A stretch of 64,000 bases of DNA, taken from Eledone cirrhosa. Its lineage: Eukaryota. This document shows positions 52,801 to 64,000 of this stretch, piece after piece; within the stretch, counting starts at the first letter, position 1; every line of letters begins with the position of its first letter. The notes under the pieces were generated by a model. It was given only the letters and a program-made list of their open reading frames with translations. It was not told the DNA's origin and searched no databases. Both the position numbers and the translations under genes were made by a program. Location: positions 33,728,001 through 33,792,000 of the forward strand of contig OZ024754.1 in assembly GCA_964016885.1 (NCBI GenBank), read 5' to 3'.

Positions 52801-53949
52801 CCTCTCAGAACTTGAAGGAGAGATGGCAGCACCAGTACTTAGCCAATTCTATACTTTATCAACTTTAAGGGGCTGTTAAGGTAAAGTTGGTCTTGGCAGG
52901 ATTTGAACTCAGAGTGCAGACAGGGAGCTGTTCTAGGTCTTTGTTTTCTTAGATGAAATTCTGCTTAGAGATGTTTGTGTGTATATGTGTGTGTATATGT
53001 GTATGTACATGTGTGTATACATGTGTGTATATATGTGTGTATATATGTGTGTATATATGTGTGTATATATGTGTGTATATATGTGTGTATATATATGTGT
53101 GTGTATATATGTGTGTATATATGTGTGTATATATGTGTGTATATATGTGTATATATATATGTGTGTATATATATGTGCTCAATACATTGTGGAATATGTA
53201 AAAAACATTTAAAAAATAAAAATAAATCTGTAACAATAACAAACACACAGAAATACTACCTCTGAAATATCTAATAGGTCTTTATATATTTTGTGTGCAA
53301 AACCCCTTTTTCAAAGGTGTTAAGAGAACATGAGAAAGTGATTTGATTACTATGGTTGCAATAGGCTTAATCTTATTAGTTTATATATCTATATGAGGGT
53401 AGTTTGGGGCTGAACAGTGGCTTTCGGGTCTTCTCAATAAGGTCATTTTTAACAACAATACTTAGTTTCTCCATATGGGACTCATCATGCTGTATTTGTG
53501 ATATTTGTGATACCCAAGATGGGGAAGTTTACAAGTTTACTCATACATAACTGAAGTTCAAATATAGAATTACCCAATCTTGCTAGAAGATCAGTGTTTC
53601 ACTAAGACATGAGATTGTTAATTACTGAGACATCAACGTATTACTAGGACCAATGGATTACAAAGGATGCTAAATGTTTGTTGAAAGGTTCAATGAATAT
53701 TTAACTTCATTATCGGTAGAGCGTTGGACATGCTTTGTGGCATAGTTACAGCTGATTACATTCTGAGTTCAAATCTCGCCGAGATTAGCTTTGCCTTTCA
53801 TCCTTATAGGGTCAATAAAATAAAGTATTGGTAATGCATTGGTGTTGATTTAATTGACTTTCCCCTCCCCAAAACTGTTGGCTTTGCACCTAAATCAGAA
53901 ACCATTATTAAGTTAGTGTTTTTAATATAATCCATGAAAAGTTTCTTTT

Positions 53950-54320
53950 TTTAAAATATGATGTGAGGCTTATATTTAAATATAAACATTTTTAAAATTA
54001 TGATATGATGCTTATATTTAAATATAAACATTTTAAAAATATGATGTGAGGCTTATATTTAAATATAAACATTTTTAAAATATGATATGAGACTAATATT
54101 TAAATATAAACATTTTTAAAATATGATATGAGGCTTATATTTAAATATAAACATTTTAAAAATATGATGTGAGGCTTATATTTAAATATAAACATTTTAA
54201 AAATATGATATGAGGCTTTTATTTAAATATAAACATTTTAAAATTATGATATGATGCTTATATTTAAATATAAACATTCTAAAAATATGATATGATGCTT
54301 AGGTTTAAATATAAATATTT
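53950..54320. repeat. ~41-bp AT-rich minisatellite, about 9 copies
   Basis: AAAATATGATGTGAGGCTTATATTTAAATATAAACATTTT(T). Confidence 0.9.
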
Positions 54321-54686
54321 TAATATAAATATTTAGATATAAATATTTTTAATTATATATTTTGTTTCATTATTTATTACCAATAAAATAAAGTACCAGT
54401 AATGCACTGGGTAATTGCTGGCCTTGTGCCAAAAGTAGAAACAATTATTTATTACCAATATCAATATTGTTATATCTACAGTTTTCACTTTGTGAATTAT
54501 TTTTTCACCTTCCTTTTATTTGATGCAAACCCCCCTCTTTATGTTCTATTGTTTTCAATCCCTCTCTCCAACACCTTGCAACTTTCTAACTAATAACAAA
54601 AATCATTGTTGTAGCTACAATCCTCCATGGTGATATTTTTAGAAGTGAATTCTTCAAGTTAATGCTTCAGTTATTAATTCTATCTT

Positions 54687-55727
54687 GTCTGTTACACTAA
54701 ATATGGTATATTCTGTCTGTTACACAAAATTTGGTATATTCTGTCTGTTACACTAAATATGGTAGATTCCGTCTGTTACACTAAATATGGTAGATTCCGT
54801 CTGTTACACTAAATAAGGTATATTCCGTCTGTTACATTAAAGATGGTATATTCCGTCTGTTACACTAAATATGGAATATTTTGTCTGTTACACTAAATAT
54901 GATATATTCTGTCTGTTACACTAAATATGGTAGATTCCATCTGTTACACTAAATATAGTAGATTATGTCTGTTACACTAAATATGGTAGATTCCGTCTGT
55001 TACATTAAAGATGGTATATTCCGTCTGTTACACTAAATATGCTATATTCTGTCTGTTACACTAAATTTGGTATATTCTGTCTGTTACACTAAATATGGTA
55101 TATTCTGTCTGTTACACTAAATATAGTAGATTCCGTCTGTTACACTAAATAAGGTATATTCCGTCTGTTACATTAAAGATGGTATATTCCGTCTGTTACA
55201 CTAAATATGGTATATTCTGTCTGTTACACTAAATTTGGTATATTCTGTCTGTTACACTAAATATGGTATATTCTGTCTGTTACACTAAATATGGTAGATT
55301 CCGTCTGTTACACTAAATAAGGTATATTCCGTCTGTTACATTAAAGATGGTATATTCCGTCTGTTACACTAAATATGGAATATTTTGTCTGTTACACTAA
55401 ATATGATATATTCTGTCTGTTACACTAAATATGGTAGATTCCGTCTGTTACACTAAATATAGTAGATTATGTCTGTTACACTAAATATGGTATATTCCGT
55501 CTGTTACACTAAATATGGTATATTCCATCTGATACACTAAATATGTTATATTCTGTCTGTTACACTAAATATGGTATATTCCGTCTGTTACACTAAATAT
55601 GGTATATTCCGTCTGTTACACTAAATATGGTATATTCCGTCTGTTACACTAAATATGGTATATTCCGTCTGTTACTCTAAATATGGTATATTCCGTCTGT
55701 TACACTAAATATGGAAGATTCTGTCTG
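54687..55727. repeat. 28-bp minisatellite, about 37 copies
   Basis: GTCTGTTACACTAAATATGGTATATTCC with recurring variant blocks. Confidence 0.95.
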
Positions 55728-55870
55728 TAATATTTGAACTGCACTTCACATTGAAATAAATGGTGGAAAGAATATTTCAATATCTAACTTCTGACATTTT
55801 CATTCATTTTATATTTTGTCTCTACGAAAAATTTGCTCAATATGAAAATAAAAAAAATAATATAAACATA

Positions 55871-55973
<103 letters not shown>

Positions 55974-56940
55974 TAATTACATACATTCATTATATATATA
56001 TATATATGTGTGTGCATACGCACAAGTATACAGTCATTATATATATTAAATGATGATGAAAATAATGATATATACATACATATAAATATATTATAAATAA
56101 ACTCTCAGCACAGTTGCATGTTACCTCAGGTTTCAAAGCCTACTCTAACATAGGTCTTAGAGACAGTGCATCTGCTAGTGTTATTTATCTTTTAGGCAAT
56201 ACCAACATGGCCGACGTTATTTACATGAGATCTCGTCAAGTGAAAGGGAAGTAATAATAATGTAATAATAAATTTAGTGTATTTGTTATTCAGGAGTGGC
56301 AACTCCTGTATCTAATTTTATATATTTTAATGTAATTATATTTGTAATTGTTAAAATGTCTGCATTGTGAGTTTGCATGTTTGTGTATTCCTATGTATGA
56401 TTATATGGATTATTGTAGTAAATGTGTGTTTTTATTCAAGAGTAGGATATTCTTAAATATTTATATGCTGTGCATTTGTGTACTTGTGTGAGTGTGTACA
56501 TATCATTAATGTAGGGGGAGTGTGATGTGTTTTGTTGATAGTGTATGTGTTATATATGTGTATATTGTTTATATAGCTTATTGTATTTATCTGTGTTTGG
56601 ATGCAGTGTGATGTGTGTGTAGGCCTGAATCCAATTTAGTGGACTAAGGTGGGTGTAAGATAATGGGATTTTGTGTGTCTGAACCTGTATGATTCCATGC
56701 TGAGAGGATATTTTTAATCTTATATGTGGGCATCCTCTAAACCATTCATTTTTAGTGTTTAGGTATTCATCTGAGGATTTCAGCCTTTGTAATATCCCTA
56801 ATTGAATTTTAGTTCTCCAGTTTGCACACACAAATGCATGCCTGCATGTGCGCACGCACGCACACACTCACACACACACACATTGAAAATACAACTGTGC
56901 TCCAGTTTGATCGTTTTTATTAAGTGTTTTTCATGTGAAA

Positions 56941-57083
56941 CAGAAGCATTCTTAAATCTATGCATGTATTAATATTTCGAAGCCTTAATGGCTCTTTCTT
57001 AAGAATCAAATTAGATACATTGAAGATGAAGCCATGAAGGCTTCGAAATATTAATACACACATGGATTTAGCAAATGCTACTG
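56941..57083. mobile_element. Fold-back palindrome with a degenerate hammerhead core
   Basis: TTGAAGA(57020-26) T GAAGCC-atgaa-GGCTTC GAAAT ATTA ATA^. Confidence 0.5.
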
Positions 57084-57112
57084 ATCCAAACTAAGTATAA
57101 AGAACTAATAAT

Positions 57113-57299
57113 TGTTTCTACCCTAGGCACAAGGCCAGCAATTACCCAGTGCATTACTGGTACTTTATTTTATCGACCCCGTAAGGATGAAAGGCAAAGT
57201 CAACCTCGGCGGGATTTGAACTCAGATCGTAAAGGGACGTAACTATGCTAGAAAGCATGGCGTCCAACCCTCCACCGATACTGCCAATCCACCGCCCTC
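57113..57299 (-). mobile_element. Full-length SINE A with 18-bp TSD
   Basis: GTATAAAGAACTAATAAT at 57095-57112 and 57300-57317. Confidence 0.9.
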
Positions 57300-57408
57300 G
57301 TATAAAGAACTAATAATGAAATACAAAATAGCTTCAATAAATCAAACTGAAACACAGTTGTGTTTTCAATATAATATATTTAAACGAAAAAAAATCTGTT
57401 CTCTACTT

Positions 57409-57515
<107 letters not shown>

Positions 57516-57636
57516 AGTTATAAATTTCATAAGTGTTAGTATATTTTTTCAATATCCTTTAAGAAAAAATGATTGATCTCGTAAATGATTCAATACTGTT
57601 GTGTCTAAACCATTTCTATATTGAAAGTCACATAGT

Positions 57637-57705
<69 letters not shown>

Positions 57706-57715
57706 ACAGACACAC

Positions 57716-58990
<1,275 letters not shown>

Positions 58991-60519
58991 CTTTCACTCG
59001 TGTAGGACACCTCGGTTATTTTTCATTTTGTAAAAATACCTCACTCTCTTATATATATATATACATATATATAGTTTTAATGAAGTTACATCTATATTTG
59101 AAGTATTTATATGTTTAAACTATATTGTATATCTAAAGTCAAATCTATATTTGAAGTAATATCTTTTTATATGTTTAAACTATATTGTATATTCTTGTTT
59201 AAATAAACTTTAAAAAAAAACAACAAAATTCTTGGAAATCAATCTTGTTTTTTGTACTAAATTGTGATGTGGTTTCCTTTCACCTGGGCAATGGCATGAA
59301 AATGGGGGACTTGCACTTTAGATAGGTGGGGGAAGTATATGCTCAGGAAAAGAACTTTCCAGATGATTATCTAACCTTCGCCAATGGAAGCCTCTGTGTT
59401 GTATAAGCTCTTTTAGTAGTTTCAGTCAGATTGCAGATTCACTGGAGTCATGCCTTGATTTTATGAATTATATTGATCCCAAGAATAATTTTATTCAAAT
59501 CTGCTGCTTATTTTATCAGTTACCTTTTTGTTGAACTGGTTACAGTACATAAACATAGATACAGATAGTATGTGTACAGAGCTTCCATTACAGTTTTAGG
59601 ATTGAGGGGGAAAGCTTCATATATATACTATACATGTGTATTATCATTATTAGCTCATGCTTTTTTATCACTAAGAAAGAAATTAAAAACATAATCATAC
59701 AAACATATTTAGAGTCAATAGAAAATCAGTGTAGTAAAAACCAAGATCATTCAACAAGTTTCCATGTTATTGGAGGGGCTTAAGCCTTAAAAGCCCCTTA
59801 ACACCAGAAGGTTTGATGTATGTATGAAACTGTAACTTCTGATAGAGTTGTAGAGGTGCTGTAGTGACATGCAGTATGTCTTGGCAAGCAGTTCTGAACA
59901 GCTGATTTCTTCTGGGGAAGATGAGAGAGAGTTATAAAGAGATATAAGAGAAGAACTGACTCCAAACTGGACTGGTACATTTTTTATGAAGCTCAACCTG
60001 TTGAAAGGCAAAGTTGACCAAAGTAAGATTTAAACTCAGAGTAAAGAGTGTTCGGCAAACTGATATATATATCTTACACCTCCCATTTTATGTTTACTTT
60101 CTGACTGAGTTAGATTTGTTGAAAACACATGGAAAAAAACTTAGAAAAGAAAAATATTCCCACCAAAGAAAACTCTAAGGGTTCCCCCTTCGTTCTACTC
60201 CTTCTATTTTCGAGGAAGAAAGTCAATTGAGAGTGAATTGGAGATCAGATTAGTTGAAAACACTAACAAAAAAAAAAAGTAATAGGGAAAAGACACAATT
60301 TCTCACCAAACCTCATTGGGTGCTTTTCTATAAATTTACCAAACCTACACATGCAGTAAATCCAATGATATCCAGACTAGCTTCAATTTAATCAATGGAG
60401 GTCTGTTTACAATTATTGCCAATAGAGAATGAAATTAGAACTATGCATGGCTTATACTCTTTTACTGTTTTCAGTCAATAAACTAAGACCATGCTGGATC
60501 CTATTGCGAACATAAAACC

Positions 60520-60806
60520 AATGAATATGTGCGGAGTAAGGTTAAAAGTTTTGTTGTTCACCAGGAACCTCTCCTCATCACTGTCAAGAGGAGGAAACTG
60601 GCGCGGTTTGGCCACGTTATACGACATGACAGCCTGTGCAAAACCATCATGCAAGGCAGTGTTGGGGGTGGACGCCAATGCAAAAACTGGTTGGACAATG
60701 TCAAAGAATGGAGGTAAATTTGTTGACGGCCGCTGTTGATAGACTATTTTGAGTGTGTGTTGCTTCTGCAGTAGGATCCCCCCGAGGACTACAGAAGTCA
60801 AGGGAC

Positions 60807-60838
<32 letters not shown>
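60520..60838 (+). mobile_element. RTE (BovB-like) LINE 3' fragment
   Basis: QEPLLITVKRRKLARFGHVIRHDSLCKTIMQGSV..GRQCKNWLDNVKEW; (GAT)n tail. Confidence 0.8.
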
Positions 60839-60841
<3 letters not shown>

Positions 60842-60954
60842 GATGTCCTTAAAGATATTTAGTTGATCATATTGATCCCAGTACTTTTTTCTAAGTCTGG
60901 TAGTTATTTTATCGATCTCTTTTGTTAAACCGCTATTTATGGGATGTAACCGAT

Positions 60955-61590
60955 AAACACACAAATACACACTCACCCGCAAACATACAAATATACACGC
61001 ACGCAAACACACACACACACCACCACCACCACACACACACCACCACCACCACCACCACACAAACACACACACACCACCACCACCACCACCACACAAACAC
61101 ACACCACCACCACCACACACACACCACTACCACACACACAAACACACACCACCACCACACACAAACACACACCACCACCACACACACACCACAACCACAT
61201 ACACCACCACCACCACACACACACCATCACCACACACACACACACACACACCACCACCACCACACACACCACCACCACCACCACACACACACCAACACCA
61301 CTACCACACAAACACACACCCCCACCACCACACACCATCCCCACCACACACACAAACACACACCACCACCACACACACCACCACCACACACACCACCACC
61401 ACACACATACCACAACCACATACACCACCACCACCACACACACACCACCACCACCACACACACCACCACCACCACCACACACACACACACCACCACCACC
61501 ACACACACACCACCACCACCGCTACCACACAAACACACACCACCACCACACACACAAACACACACCACCACCACACACACCACCACCACA

Positions 61591-61621
<31 letters not shown>

Positions 61622-62240
61622 CACTACACACACCACCACCACACACACACCACCACACACCACAACCACATACACCACCACCACCACACACACACCACCA
61701 GCACCACCACCACCACCACCACTACACACACAAACACACACCACCACCACCACACACACCACCACCATCACACACACACACACACACACCACCACCACTC
61801 ACACACACACACCACCACCACCACACACACACCACCACCACCACACACACACCACCACCACTACCACACAAACACACACCACCACACACCACCACCACCT
61901 CACACACAAACACACACCACCACCACACACACCACCACCACACACACCACCACCACACACACCACCACCACACACACACCACCACCACTACACACACACA
62001 CACCACCACCACCGCTACCACACAAACACACACCACCACCACACACACAAACACACACCACCACACACCACCACCACCACACACACAAACACACACCACC
62101 ACCACACACACACCACAACCACATACACCACCACCACCACACACACACCACCACTCACACACACACACCACCACCACCACCACACACACCACCACATACA
62201 CCACCACCACCACCACACACACACTCACACACACACCACA
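60955..62240. repeat. Compound (CAC)n/(CA)n microsatellite
   Basis: Almost entirely C and A. Confidence 0.95.
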
Positions 62241-62282
62241 TCACTTTATTGTATTGTTTTTTTCTTGTTGACATTTCTTGGG

Positions 62283-63665
62283 TGTGTCTGTATGTGTATT
62301 TGTCTGTATGTGTGCATGTATGCATGTGTGTGTTTGTATGTGTGTGTGTAGTGTGTGTGCATATGTCTGTATGTGTGCATGTGTCTGTATGTGTGTGTCT
62401 GTGTGTGTGTGTGTATGTGCATGTGTCTGTATGTGTGTGTGTGTGTGTGTCTGTATGTGTGTATGTATGTGCATATGTGTTAGTCTGAGTATGTGTATGT
62501 GTTTGTCTGTGTGTGTGTGTGTGTGTGTGCATGTGTCTGTATGTGTGCGTGTTTCTGTATGTGTGTGTGTATGTGTTAGTCTGAGTGTGTGTATGTGTGT
62601 GTATGTGTGTGTATGTGTTAGTCTGAGTGTGTGTATGTATGTGTATGTGTGTGTGTGTGTTAGTCTGAGTGTGTGTATGTATGTGTATGTGTGTGTATGT
62701 GTGTGTATGTGTGTGTATGTGTTAGTCTGAGTGTGTGTATGTATGTGTATGTGTGTGTGTGTGTTAGTCTGAGTGTGTGTATGTATGTGTATGTGTGTGT
62801 ATGTGTTAGTCTGAGTGTGTGTATGTATGCGTATGTGTGTTAGTCTGAGTGTGTGTATATATGTGCGTGTGTTAGTCTGAGTGTGTGTATGTGTCTGTGT
62901 GTGTGTGTGTGTGTTAGTCTGAGTGTGTGTATGTATGTGTATGTGTGTGTGTGTGTTAGTCTGAGTGTGTGTATGTATGTGTATATGTGTATATGTGTAT
63001 GTGTGTTAGTCTGAGTGTGTGTATATATGTGCGTGTGTTAGTCTGAGTGTGTGTATGTGTCTGTGTGTGTGTGTGTGTGTTAGTCTGAGTGTGTGTATGT
63101 ATGTGTATGTGTGTGTGTGTGTGTTAGTCTGAGTGTGTGTATGTATGTGTATGTGTGTGTGTGTGTTAGTCTGAGTGTGTGTATGTATGTGTATGTGTGT
63201 GTGTGTGTTAGTCTGAGTGTGTGTATGTATGTGTATGTGTGTGTGTGTTAGTCTGAGTGTGTGTATGTATGTGTATATGTGTATATGTGTATGTGTGTTA
63301 GTCTGAGTGTGTGTATATATGTGCGTGTGTTAGTCTGAGTGTGTGTATGTGTCTGTGTGTGTGTGTGTGTGTTAGTCTGAGTGTGTGTATGTATGTGTAT
63401 GTGTGTGTGTGTGTGTGTTAGTCTGAGTGTGTGTATGTATGTGTATGTGTGTGTGTGTGTTAGTCTGAGTGTGTGTATGTATGTGTATGTGTGTGTATGT
63501 GTTAGTCTGAGTGTGTGTATGTATGTGTATGTGTGTGTATGTGTTAGTCTGAGTGTGTGTATGTATGTGTATATGTGTATATGTGTATGTGTGTTAGTCT
63601 GAGTGTGTGTATATATGTGTGTGTGTGTTAGTCTGAGTGTGTGTATGTGTCTGTGTGTGTGTGTA
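62283..63665. repeat. (TG)-rich minisatellite with a recurring GTTAGTCTGA spacer
   Basis: ~35-45-bp units gttagtctgagtgtgtgtatgtatgtgtatgtgtgtgt. Confidence 0.92.
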
Positions 63666-64000
63666 ACCCATGACAACATGGAACAGTAAATAATGTTGAC
63701 ACTACACACACAGGTATGTCTTCTATCTACTTCAATATTGTTACCTTTACACAACACCATCTTATGCTTACACTTTATATCTAACATCTTAGCCTCCTCC
63801 TCCTCCTTCAGTTTCTTCTTCTTCTTCCTCTTTTTCTTATTCTTCTCCTTCTCGTTCTTCTTCTTCTCCTCCTTCATTTTCTTTCTCTTCTTTTTCTTCT
63901 TCTTATTATTATTATTATTATTTTCTTCGTCTTCTTCTTCTCCTCCTCCTCCTTATTCTTCTTTTCAAATAAGATTGTGTCAACACCACCACCACCACAA

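Noticed and set aside
59787-60011. Short minus-strand ORFs
   Set aside because: No recognisable domain; they overlap a SINE remnant.
60455-60739. Strong-looking acceptor (ttttactgttttcAG) followed by an ORF, as a second gene
   Set aside because: The downstream sequence is an RTE LINE remnant and no partner exons were identified.
60922-62271. 449-aa His/Thr/Pro-rich ORF
   Set aside because: Translation of a CAC/CA microsatellite.

Overview
AT-rich, microsatellite-dense eukaryotic DNA. The SINE and repeat content suggests a coleoid cephalopod, probably Octopus (inference). The only host protein-coding gene I can support is the 3' part of a copine (CPNE5/8/9-like) on the + strand: 11 phase-compatible GT-AG exons from 213 to the stop at 30118, encoding the end of C2B and the whole vWA domain. 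Its 5' exons lie upstream of the window. The rest is intron or intergenic sequence filled with tRNA-derived SINEs, RTE and R4/Dong LINE fragments, an internally deleted DD37D (maT) transposon, piggyBac-like and mariner MITEs, Helitrons and about 20 minisatellite arrays. The long ORFs in the track are repeat artefacts. Main findings: (1) six sequence-unrelated fold-back palindromes with hammerhead-ribozyme cores (CTGATGA...GAAAC..NUH) reading outward, one nearly textbook (22665-22711), typical of Penelope-like elements; (2) several tandem arrays amplified from short segments of resident SINEs or MITEs, one with higher-order structure; (3) a Helitron flanked exactly by an 18-bp duplication; (4) a 1.1-kb long-TIR element carrying E2F consensus sites.
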